From a plasmid: a stretch of DNA of 64,000 nucleotides. Below the pieces are notes generated by a model, which did no database searches, was not told where the DNA came from, and saw only the letters and a list, made by a program, of their open reading frames with translations. This document shows, one piece after another, positions 56,025 to 64,000 of this stretch. How positions within the stretch are numbered: the stretch's first letter is position 1; the number at the start of each line of letters is the position of its first letter. A program made the position numbers and the translations under genes. Location of the stretch: sequence record NZ_CP014527.1. One strand, written 5' to 3'.

Positions 56025-56932
56025 GATCCCAAGGCACGAAAGGTATCGATCGAAGGGAGACCGGGCAAGGCAAGCGCAAGACGACGCGTTTCGAAGCTGC
56101 GTGCAAGCGAGGAGGCCAGACGCCCAAGTACTGTGGCCAGGGGTGTCGTTTCATCCGCCAACGGCAGGTCAAGGGCAATAAGCCGGGCCAAGGCTGCCTT
56201 GGCGGACGGTGTGACGTCTGTGCCTTCCCGTCTGACGATCTCCCGGACAGTCATGTCAACAAACGGACGGAAGGGTTCCATCAGGTCATCGGCCAAGGCA
56301 AAAGCATTGCCGCGATTGGCATGAAAGATACCGATAGCAGGGTGCAGACCAGCACCGGCAACAGCCCGTGCGGTGGCGGCACGCAGAACAGTATAGCCGT
56401 AATTGAGAAGCGCGTTGATGCCACCGCCATCGGTATTCCGGCGGAAATCCGGCCCCATCATCAGTGGCCAGTAAAAGCGGGCGGCCTGTGCCTCAATGTT
56501 GCCTGTGTCACCGGACCGGACACGACGCGCCATCATGCGAAGGGGAGCTGAGGACTGTCCAATGGCTTCGAGCGATGCAGCCTGTATACCGATCTTGGCA
56601 ATGACGATGGCCTTCCAGGCCCCCTTCACCAGAGGTACGGGCGCAGACCATTGGGCACGAATGCGCGCACCCTGTTGGTGGTGCCCCTCCATCGGCCACA
56701 GAAGGCCCGTTGGGCGATGATTTGACCCGCAGATGACAACAGGTGTGCCCTGTTCCGCGAGCGCAGCCAGCAGCGCGTTGGACCAGGTTATCCCGTGGGC
56801 ATGGGCCAAAACTGCGGCGACTTGATCGAGAGGCACGCGGGCGATCCGCTTTCCTCCCTCGCTTACGGTCAGAAATCCACGGTCACGGGCCAGATGGCGA
56901 CCATCCTGTGTGAGGTCAATGATCTGATCCAT
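56021..56932 (-). CDS. cas1: Cas1 (type II)
   Basis: 303 aa Cas1 integrase. It lies 59 nt downstream of the cas9 stop. Confidence 0.9.
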   Translation of the reverse strand: MDQIIDLTQDGRHLARDRGFLTVSEGGKRIARVPLDQVAAVLAHAHGITWSNALLAALAEQGTPVVICGSNHRPTGLLWPMEGHHQQGARIRAQWSAPVPLVKGAWKAIVIAKIGIQAASLEAIGQSSAPLRMMARRVRSGDTGNIEAQAARFYWPLMMGPDFRRNTDGGGINALLNYGYTVLRAATARAVAGAGLHPAIGIFHANRGNAFALADDLMEPFRPFVDMTVREIVRREGTDVTPSAKAALARLIALDLPLADETTPLATVLGRLASSLARSFETRRLALALPGLPSIDTFRALGS

Positions 56933-56991
56933 GGCTGGTTCCCCTCTCCCCCGCCGAATGGATTCAGCCTACAGAACCCGCCAGAACCCCG

Positions 56992-59900
56992 TTACCCTTT
57001 TCTGCCAGGATCACGGAAATGACCTGTTTCATCCACAATAATGCGACGGGCACCCGCCTCGATCAGGGTGCGGGCAGTGAAACGCAGATAAAGGTCTTCT
57101 TTATATTTCTCACAGCGCTTCCTTGCATTGGATGCCGTGTGCGGCACCAAGGAAATCTTACCGTTACGGTCGAACATCACAACGGTAGCAATAACCGGAC
57201 CAAACTTGCTGTCATCCAGCTTTACCATGTCGGACTTGAACAAACGCAAAAGCCGCTTGGCCGCCGGATGTGGGCGTGGCTCAGGGCCAGGTTGGTGGGC
57301 ATCGAAGGTGCTGACAATATGTTCGGTGATGGCTCCTCCGGGTAACCTCCAGACCTCAAAGCAATGGTTGGAATTGCCTTTATAGCCTTTGTAAGCCCGA
57401 CCGGATGCATCCCGTATTTCGACTACGCTGATCGGCTCGATCAACCGGACGCGGCGGATCCCGTGGTAAGGGCCAGGCCTGTCGCGGAAGTGTGCCAGCG
57501 CTTCGGCAAACGCATCATCCTTCTTGCCGGCGGTCACGGCCGCAAGGGCTGCCTTCAACGGTTCGTCCCTGATCTTGCCGATCATGGTGGGGGTCAGGTT
57601 GTCGAAGGGCTCGCGGGTAACCACAAGCGGAACACCCTTCTCGGATTGCCCGGTCAGGCCATAGGCCGTGTCGCGGTGCAAGGGGCCGGTTGTCTGGTCG
57701 CGCCCTTTCATGCGGGTCGTGAGGTCGATCCGGCCATGATCGGGGCGGTGGCTGACAATGATACGGTCGACTTGTGCCGCAACCGCTTCACGGAACCCGG
57801 GCCACGGGGGCATGATGGATGAGGCCAGTGCCTCACGGCCCTGATCGACATCTGTACGCGCCTGCTCGGCCATCGCCTTGATCAGGCCACGGTCTGTTGC
57901 CGCCACCACAGCCGCATCAATGGCGTGGTGACGGTGGTCCATCCGGTTCTTCTCTTTTGTGACATCACGCAGCGGGTCCGTAAGAATCCCGTTCAGACCC
58001 CAGTGCCGGCGCAGCATCTCTGTCAGCCGCCCTGGAACGACCCAGACATGGCTCTTGCCATCTGCACCGTCATAGAGCGTTTCAAGATAGGCCTTGGATA
58101 TTCGCGAAAGGTACTGGGTATCCACCAGCGCCCGCGCCTCGAAATCCCGCTCGCCCTCAAACCGTGCCATCGCATCTTCGGCAAAGCGCCAGCGCTTGAA
58201 TTCAGGAATATGGCGCAGATTGTCGTCTTCAAGCGCCCAGATCCGCATCCCGTCCCGCCGGGCTTCTGATGGCGATTTGTTGCGCTTCTGGCGATTGGCT
58301 TCCTTCATGCACAGGGTGCGGTTGGCCGTGCTGTCGTCAAGTGTACGGGAATAGGGCAGGATGTGATCGATGTCGATCGCGCCCGAGAAGAGCAAAGAGG
58401 GTGAAATGATGGTCCCGGTATAAGGGCAACGCCGCATCATCGGATCTTCGTGGAGTTCCTGCCAAAGACGAACATACATGCGGTTCGCACCCGTATCCGG
58501 AACACCCCATTCGGTCAGGAGAGCAGACCGTGCTTCGGCGGCCTTTCTGTTCTTGAGATTCAGGGCTATGGCCGCCTTTTTCTGGCCGGTGCTTTGCTTC
58601 AGGTCGCGAGCCAGTTCGACCACGATCTCTGCTGGTTTACCATAGCGGGCGATGATCCTGTTCACCAGGCGGCGCAGCTGGTTCAGCCCGATGTGAACCG
58701 TCGGGTTGGTGATCCGTCCAAAACGTGTGATATCGTCATGATGCGGCTCACCGGTCCCCGGGATAACATGAGCCTGCAGCACTTCACCATAATAGGGAAG
58801 TGATTCCAGAATCTCGCCCGTCCGGCGGTCGGAGTGGTGTTGATCGAGCGCCTTCCCCACCGCCTCGCTATAGGTCAGGACCTCGGCTTTCAAGCAGTCC
58901 AACAGCTTCCGCGTTGCTGTCTCGCCAAGGCGACCATAGCCTTCGGGCAGGGGGGCATCAGCCGTTGCGCGTGCATGCGCATCGTCCAGGCCGTGGACCT
59001 GCTTCAGCCACTCAACCAGAGCCATGGTATCATCATCATCACGAATACGCCCGACGATTTCGGCCTGCACCTCAGCCTCAAGCACCGACCAGCGCGGGCC
59101 GAAGCGGTCGGGGTGCGACAGGCTCGCCCGGACCGGATCGCAGGCGATGTAATCGCGCCCCTTCTCCAAGGTAAAGGTCTGCCCGTCACGCAACTTGAGA
59201 TGTTTTGCGATAGCCTTCAGCGACAGTTTCGCGGAGGCTATGGCCTTGACCGGTGCCTTGCCGTCCAGAAGCATGATGACTTTATCACGCTGCTCCTTGC
59301 CGAGGGGAACAGCGGCCCCGCTTTCGGTCCTGATCCGCAGCGCATTGACTGTTTCATAAAGAACACGCCGCTGTGTCAGCGGATGAGCCCTTGGCAGGCG
59401 CGGTTCCGGGAAGAACAGACACCGTCCCACCGCTGGTGCTTTCAGGGGACGCTGAAAGAAGATTGTCTCAAACACTTCATGGCGCAGGCTATCTGTCAGC
59501 ACCGGGTGATGTGCGGCCTGCGCAGCCCAGACCTTGTTGAACTCTTCCTCCAGGTGTCGCCGGTCCGGGTAGAAGTCATACCCCGTTTCTGCTTTTCCAC
59601 CGTCAACGGACCGCAAGGTAAGCCGCGTGCGAACAGACGGCACACGGCGCAGATCTTCGGCTTGGCTGCGACGCAGGTGCAGGAATTCGCCATAGGTCCG
59701 CGCTCCGACGGCCATCATCGCCTGATCCAGCCGTGCAGAACCATCGATGATCTTGCCGCCCTCGTTGTTGCCACGGTCCGTTTGGCGGTTCGACTTGAAG
59801 CCCCGCCGTTGGTTAAGATGGAACAACGCCCGCCCGAGTTCGGTAAGTTCCAATCGGCGATCCAGGGCATCGGCCCGCAGACGATAGGGATCCAGTAACT

Positions 59901-60177
59901 CCAACGGCTTCGCCTGACTTGGGTCTTCCGGCATCAAACCGGCCGCCGCAAGGCGCCTCATCAACGCTGCACGACGGCGCAAATATCGGTCACGCCGTCG
60001 CCGCAACGCGCGCGCATTGCGACGCTCCACGGCTGACGAAACGCCTGTCTTCGCGTCCCGGCCATCCGAGAAAAGTCTCACGCCACAATCTATAATCTCG
60101 GCAATCATGCCGTTGGTTATGCGATAGAGAAACCAGCCGATGGATGTGGAACCGATGTCGAGCCCAAGACGAAGCAT
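56992..60177 (-). CDS. cas9: Cas9, compact type II-C (about 1061 aa), with all catalytic motifs intact
   Basis: RuvC-I MLRLGLDIGSTSIGW, RuvC-II EIVVELARDL, HNH DIDHILPYSRTLDDSTANRTLCMKEANRQKRNKSP, and RuvC-III RHHAIDAAVVAATD. The true ATG is at 60177. The track ORF to 60354 carries a spurious 59-aa N-terminal extension. There is no csn2 or cas4, so this is subtype II-C. Confidence 0.95.
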   Translation of the reverse strand: MLRLGLDIGSTSIGWFLYRITNGMIAEIIDCGVRLFSDGRDAKTGVSSAVERRNARALRRRRDRYLRRRAALMRRLAAAGLMPEDPSQAKPLELLDPYRLRADALDRRLELTELGRALFHLNQRRGFKSNRQTDRGNNEGGKIIDGSARLDQAMMAVGARTYGEFLHLRRSQAEDLRRVPSVRTRLTLRSVDGGKAETGYDFYPDRRHLEEEFNKVWAAQAAHHPVLTDSLRHEVFETIFFQRPLKAPAVGRCLFFPEPRLPRAHPLTQRRVLYETVNALRIRTESGAAVPLGKEQRDKVIMLLDGKAPVKAIASAKLSLKAIAKHLKLRDGQTFTLEKGRDYIACDPVRASLSHPDRFGPRWSVLEAEVQAEIVGRIRDDDDTMALVEWLKQVHGLDDAHARATADAPLPEGYGRLGETATRKLLDCLKAEVLTYSEAVGKALDQHHSDRRTGEILESLPYYGEVLQAHVIPGTGEPHHDDITRFGRITNPTVHIGLNQLRRLVNRIIARYGKPAEIVVELARDLKQSTGQKKAAIALNLKNRKAAEARSALLTEWGVPDTGANRMYVRLWQELHEDPMMRRCPYTGTIISPSLLFSGAIDIDHILPYSRTLDDSTANRTLCMKEANRQKRNKSPSEARRDGMRIWALEDDNLRHIPEFKRWRFAEDAMARFEGERDFEARALVDTQYLSRISKAYLETLYDGADGKSHVWVVPGRLTEMLRRHWGLNGILTDPLRDVTKEKNRMDHRHHAIDAAVVAATDRGLIKAMAEQARTDVDQGREALASSIMPPWPGFREAVAAQVDRIIVSHRPDHGRIDLTTRMKGRDQTTGPLHRDTAYGLTGQSEKGVPLVVTREPFDNLTPTMIGKIRDEPLKAALAAVTAGKKDDAFAEALAHFRDRPGPYHGIRRVRLIEPISVVEIRDASGRAYKGYKGNSNHCFEVWRLPGGAITEHIVSTFDAHQPGPEPRPHPAAKRLLRLFKSDMVKLDDSKFGPVIATVVMFDRNGKISLVPHTASNARKRCEKYKEDLYLRFTARTLIEAGARRIIVDETGHFRDPGRKG

Positions 60178-60367
60178 GTTACGAACCCAAATAAAAAAGA
60201 TGGGGGAATAATTGTTCGACCCTTGATTTATGTCAACACACAACGCCATCCAAGGTAGTGATTCAAAGTGGCAAACATCGAGCGTCCCAAATTCGATCGG
60301 ACAGACGGGAGCATTTTCCTGGAAAAGGTGACTGATTGCACCTTGACAACTCACGGCAAATAAATGA

Positions 60368-60462
60368 GAGTTCGGCTCTCAGAAATTGCGGTCGAGCCGT
60401 TAACAAGCTCGACAGAGCACCACATAGAAACCCGGGGCTACGGCCCCGGGTTTCCTTTTTGT
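60368..60462 (+). ncRNA. tracrRNA, encoded divergently just upstream of cas9
   Basis: The anti-repeat GGCTCTCAGAAATTGCGGTCGAGCCG at about 60374-60400 is complementary to the repeat (17 contiguous matches, about 24/27 overall). It is followed by a small stem (GAGC..GCTC) and a strong terminator (CCCGGGGCTACGGCCCCGGG then TTTCCTTTTT at 60431-60460). Confidence 0.7.
60431..60460 (+). terminator. Rho-independent terminator of the tracrRNA
   Basis: A GC-rich perfect 8-bp stem with a 4-nt loop, then a T-run. Confidence 0.7.
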
Positions 60463-60658
60463 CGTACCCGATCATGAACCTAGATGCATTCCGTATCTTT
60501 ATTGGCCATGGCGGCTCGCAAAAAAAGTCTTCAGCCGATCCTGCCACCCCCAAGCTGCATGGCCCTGATCTTGCCCTGCCCCCTAGGGCACTCCCCCGAA
60601 TGCTGCGGGCATAAACAGAAACACTCAATTAATGAAAACATATTAAACGTATATACGA

Positions 60659-60877
60659 CTATCCGTATTTCTGCAAAAGTAAGTCACGCAACTCATCTGA
60701 AATCTTGCTGCCACGCATGGCACATTGGGCCTTGATGGCACGGTGCAAACTTGCAGGGATATCAATTGTCAACCTCTTCATCGGTTCCTCTGCATCCCGA
60801 CTGTCCACCCATGCATCCGCAGAAACAGGAGCTGACTTGGTTGTCGGCCTGGTCCCGATTGAAACTTTCTTGCTCAT
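60659..60877 (-). CDS. ParG-like ribbon-helix-helix partition protein
   Basis: 72 aa. The C-terminal KRLTIDIPASLHRAIKAQCAMRGSKISDELRDLL is an RHH fold. It sits directly downstream of the parA-like gene. Confidence 0.6.
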   Translation of the reverse strand: MSKKVSIGTRPTTKSAPVSADAWVDSRDAEEPMKRLTIDIPASLHRAIKAQCAMRGSKISDELRDLLLQKYG

Positions 60878-60925
60878 ACTTTCCCTCTCCGTAATTACAA
60901 AAACCGCTCATAGGCAGAACACAAT

Positions 60926-61498
60926 TCATTCATCAACTTCGTGAACAGAAAGTCCGCGAGCTGCGGCTTCAGCAAAAATAACACGCTGGGTAAGAGACGA
61001 TTCAAAAACAGGAACATCTGGATAAGCTGCCAGCGCCTCACGCACATCGCACCCGATTGCCGTATTTGATATTTTGCGATTTATAACAAATGCGTATTTA
61101 AGGTTTTCTTTAAAAACAATCGCTTCGCCAATAAGCTTGACGACCTCATCTGATGCCCATATGTCGTAAGGCGATGGCTGTGTAGGGATCAGAACAACAT
61201 CGGCGGCCATAACGGCAGATCGGGCTAAATCAGTGACACGGGGTGGCCCGTCAATCACAACGTGATCATAGCCATAGCCAATCTGGCCTATCTCTTTATG
61301 CAATGTTGGACGTGGAAGACCCGCAACTGAAAGCAACGGTGCCGCTTCACGAGCCGCCGCTCAATCAAGGCTGCTGCCTTGCGGATCTGCATCAATCAAC
61401 AAGACACGCCCACCACGACGCGCCAGACTTGCCGCAACATTGACACTGAGTGTTGTTTTCCCAACACCACCCTTCTGATTCAGAAACCCGACAATCAT
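60926..61498 (-). pseudogene. ParA/ParF-family partition ATPase with an in-frame TGA replacing a conserved Trp
   Basis: [45 protein letters not shown] then a TGA at 61361-61363, then AAAREAAPLLSVAGLPRPTLHKEIGQ...VIDGPP in the same frame. The family has Trp at this position (DPQGS..W). Confidence 0.7.
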
Positions 61499-61803
61499 GT
61501 GCGCAGTCCTTCATGATTTAAGGAAAATACTTTTTCTTTAAATCATGAAAACTGTCAAAGGTAAAACAACAGAATGAGGTACATCACCCCGTCGTAGAAA
61601 TAGCTGTTTTTACGACGTGGCCACTCCAGCTACAGGTAAAAGCTGTTCCGGATGCGGATGGTAAAATAACAAATAGAATCAGTGCATTAAGCTGGACAAA
61701 AGATAACCCGGGGATATATGTCATACGTATACATCTACAAGACCCGCGCCCCGGCCTGCACACCACAGGGCCGGGGCTGCCCCATAAATCAGGGAGAACC
61801 CCC

Positions 61804-64000
61804 GTGACAGACTTCACCAACACCCCGGGCCAGAAAGACACCTTTGTCGGGACCGATAACTGGGACAGCGTGTCTTATTCAAACACCGACAAGCCGGTGC
61901 AGGTAACGCTGCGGGCTGCGGAGTATGTGGACCAAGCCCGCGAAACCGCCCTAATAAAACACCTTGTTTTTAATCATGATAGTTATGGACCTCCCCCTGA
62001 CTTTTCGAACCTGAAGCCTTACATGGTGCGGGTTGCGAGGGATGTCACGGTCTATGTGGGTGGTGTGGCCGAGGACACCCTGCGCGACATCGAGAGTGTG
62101 ACCGGCGGGTCCGGGCACGACACCCTGGACGGCGGTGACGGGAACGACACCCTGGACGGCGGTGCCGGGAACGACACACTGAAGGGCAGTGCCGGGAACG
62201 ACCGACTGTACGGCGGTGCCGGGAACGACAGCCTGACCGGCGGTACCGGGAATGACACCCTGGACGGCGGTGCCGGTGATGATGTGGCCGATTACGGTGA
62301 CAAGAGCGCCCCGGTGAAGGTGACGCTGCGCGGTGCGGAGGATGCCACGGTCTATGTAAACGGCGTGGCCGAGGACACCCTGCGCAACATCGAGAATGTG
62401 GACGGCGGTTACGGGAATGACGAACTGACCGGCGATGCTAACGACAACCGCCTTGACGGGGGTGCGGGTGACGACACCCTGTCTGGCGGTGCCGGGAACG
62501 ATATCCTGTCCGGTGGTGACGGTGTGGACTGCCTGTCCGGTGATGACGGCGAGGACACGCTGAAGGGCGGTGCCGGGGATGACCTGCTGCACGGGTACGC
62601 CGGGGCTGACACCCTGCTGGGCGAGGACGGTGACGACCGGCTGTATGGCGGTGCTGGCACGGATACTCTGGACGGCGGAACCGGCGATGACACCATCAAG
62701 GGCGGGGACGGCAACGATACCCTGCGCGGGGGTGAAGGTAATGACACGCTGAAAGGTGATGCCGGCGATGACACCCTGACCGGCGGCGCGGGCGCGGACC
62801 GGTTTGTATTTGCCTCTGCGGCGGAGACGGTGGGCGATGTGATCACCGACTTCAAGGCCGGGGAAGACCGGATCGACCTGTCCGGCGCCGGGGATTTAGT
62901 GTTCAGCGAAGACGGTGCCCACGAACGGGCGCTGTGGACGGTTGTTGAGGGGGAAAACCTGCGTCTTCTGGGCGACACCGACGGCCATGTGGACAGCGCG
63001 GACATCAACATGCTGCTGCAGGGCGTAACGTCTGTGGGGGCCGATGCGTTCGGCTTCCAGGCGGCGCTGCGGTCCGGGGTTCTGGACAGCGGGAACCAGA
63101 CCGGTCCGGTGACGCTGGACCTGTCCAGCCATCCGGCAATCCAGAAAGCCCGTGGTGGTGCGGGCGATGACCGGATCACCGGCAATGCCCGCGACAACCA
63201 TCTGCAGGGCGGAACCGGCGCCGATGTTCTGGTCGGCGGAGCTGGATCCGATGTTCTGGACGGCGGGGCTGGCGCGGACACCCTGACCGGCGGATCGGGC
63301 GCGGACCGGTTTGTGTTTGCCTCTGCGGCGGAAACGGTGGGCGACGTGATCACCGATTTCGAGGCTGGGGAAGACCGGATCGACCTGTCCGGTGCCGGGG
63401 ATTTGGTGTTCAGCGAGGACGGCCCGCGGGCCGGTGCGCTGTGGACGGTTGCAGAAGGTGAAAACCTGCGCCTGCGCGGGGATACCGACGGTGATGCCAC
63501 AACAGCCGAGGTGGACATCCTGTTGTCACAGGCCAGTCACCTGGGTGCCGCTGATGTCGGAGCCACGGTTGTGGCCCGGGGAACCACCTTGGATGCGACC
63601 TCGGCGACCGCAGCCGTGACCCTGGATCTGGCCGCTTTTGCCGGGACCGATACCGCCATCGGCGGTGCCGGAGACGACACCATCCTTGGAACAGAAGGCG
63701 ACGATACCCTGAGTGGCGGTGCGGGCGATGATACCCTGACAGGTGATGAGGGTCATGATGTCCTGACCGGTGGTGCAGGCCATGACGAACTGACCGGCGG
63801 GGACGGCGATGACACCCTGACCGGCGGTGCAGACGGCGACCGACTGACCGGTGGAGCCGGGGCGGACCGGTTTGTGTACACCACGGCGGCAGAAACCCGG
63901 GGCGATGTGATTACCGACTTTACGGTGGGTGAGGACCGGATCGACCTGTCGGCTGTCGGGGATTTTGTGTTCAGCGTTGAAGGGCCCCGGGCCCGTTCAC
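61804..64000 (+). CDS. RTX-type calcium-binding repeat protein (haemolysin-type GGxGxD nonapeptide repeats). It is partial and continues past the right edge.
   Basis: Dozens of [11 protein letters not shown]/GGxGxDxL repeats and three near-identical blocks ([41 protein letters not shown]). The frame is open from 61549. The start is assigned to the GTG at 61804, preceded by AGGGAGAA, and is uncertain. The gene is absent from the ORF track because it has no stop within the window. Confidence 0.8.
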   Translation, partial: MTDFTNTPGQKDTFVGTDNWDSVSYSNTDKPVQVTLRAAEYVDQARETALIKHLVFNHDSYGPPPDFSNLKPYMVRVARDVTVYVGGVAEDTLRDIESVTGGSGHDTLDGGDGNDTLDGGAGNDTLKGSAGNDRLYGGAGNDSLTGGTGNDTLDGGAGDDVADYGDKSAPVKVTLRGAEDATVYVNGVAEDTLRNIENVDGGYGNDELTGDANDNRLDGGAGDDTLSGGAGNDILSGGDGVDCLSGDDGEDTLKGGAGDDLLHGYAGADTLLGEDGDDRLYGGAGTDTLDGGTGDDTIKGGDGNDTLRGGEGNDTLKGDAGDDTLTGGAGADRFVFASAAETVGDVITDFKAGEDRIDLSGAGDLVFSEDGAHERALWTVVEGENLRLLGDTDGHVDSADINMLLQGVTSVGADAFGFQAALRSGVLDSGNQTGPVTLDLSSHPAIQKARGGAGDDRITGNARDNHLQGGTGADVLVGGAGSDVLDGGAGADTLTGGSGADRFVFASAAETVGDVITDFEAGEDRIDLSGAGDLVFSEDGPRAGALWTVAEGENLRLRGDTDGDATTAEVDILLSQASHLGAADVGATVVARGTTLDATSATAAVTLDLAAFAGTDTAIGGAGDDTILGTEGDDTLSGGAGDDTLTGDEGHDVLTGGAGHDELTGGDGDDTLTGGADGDRLTGGAGADRFVYTTAAETRGDVITDFTVGEDRIDLSAVGDFVFSVEGPRARS

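Noticed and set aside
60177-60354. 59-codon N-terminal extension of cas9 in the ORF track (MSCQGAISHLFQEN...)
   Set aside because: The RuvC-I motif begins immediately after the internal Met (MLRLGLDIGSTSIGW). The extension overlaps the tracrRNA promoter region and has no Cas9 similarity. The start is reassigned to 60177.
60343-60366. TTGACA at 60343-60348 as the -35 of a tracrRNA promoter
   Set aside because: The spacing to the nearest -10-like hexamer (TAAATG/ATAAAT) is only 11-12 nt, so no promoter is called.
60263-60628. 121-aa minus-strand and 92-aa plus-strand ORFs over the tracrRNA region
   Set aside because: This region contains the anti-repeat and a strong terminator hairpin. An RNA gene explains the conservation better than these basic, low-complexity peptides.
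51085-61498. Alternative genetic code (TAG/TGA read-through) as the explanation for the in-frame stops in tpsB and parA
   Set aside because: All the large intact genes in the window, including the NRPS, cas9, cas1 and tail genes, terminate on ordinary stops with sensible lengths, and internal TGA/TAG are absent from 35 kb of NRPS/PKS coding sequence. Pseudogenisation or base-call error is far more likely.
62409-63518. 369-aa and 213-aa minus-strand ORFs inside the RTX gene
   Set aside because: They are Ser/Pro/Ala-rich antisense reads of GGxGxD repeat DNA. The plus-strand RTX frame is the real gene.

Overview
This window is a high-GC proteobacterial accessory region made of several juxtaposed modules. 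Coordinates below are 1-based on the + strand. (1) 1-30.9 kb is one minus-strand operon for a yersiniabactin/micacocidin-like thiazoline metallophore. It has two fused ABC exporters, a PchF-like Cy-A(MT)-PCP-TE NRPS, a 3766-aa FAAL-ACP-KS-AT-ACP-Cy-A(MT)-PCP-Cy-PCP megasynthase, a KS-AT0-cMT-KR-ACP PKS, a YbtU-like thiazolinyl reductase and an unusual methyltransferase-thioesterase II fusion. Downstream lie an AraC (YbtA/PchR-like) regulator and a TonB-dependent receptor that runs off the left edge. (2) 31-45 kb is a P2-like contractile-tail module in two divergent halves. The minus-strand half is sheath, tube, E, tape measure, U, X, D. The plus-strand half is a Mor-like activator, an M15 endolysin, a holin, then baseplate V, PAAR, W, J, I. 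The halves are separated by a degenerate IS5-family element, and the tail-fibre gene is almost entirely deleted. (3) 45-52.8 kb is a two-partner-secretion / CDI-like locus (tpsB then a FhaB/CdiA-like tpsA) that looks decayed: tpsB has two in-frame TAG codons, and tpsA has a C-terminal frameshift and is truncated by an IS5 remnant. (4) 54.5-61.5 kb is a plasmid-like backbone carrying an apparently intact type II-C CRISPR-Cas. It reads repA (N-terminally truncated exactly at the array boundary), a 7-repeat array, cas2, cas1, cas9, a divergent tracrRNA, parG, and a parA with an in-frame TGA. (5) 61.8 kb to the right edge is a large RTX-type Ca-binding repeat protein. The ORF track omits ORFs that run off a window edge, so the TonB receptor and the RTX protein were found by reading the sequence. 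Many of the listed ORFs are antisense shadows of the huge high-GC genes.
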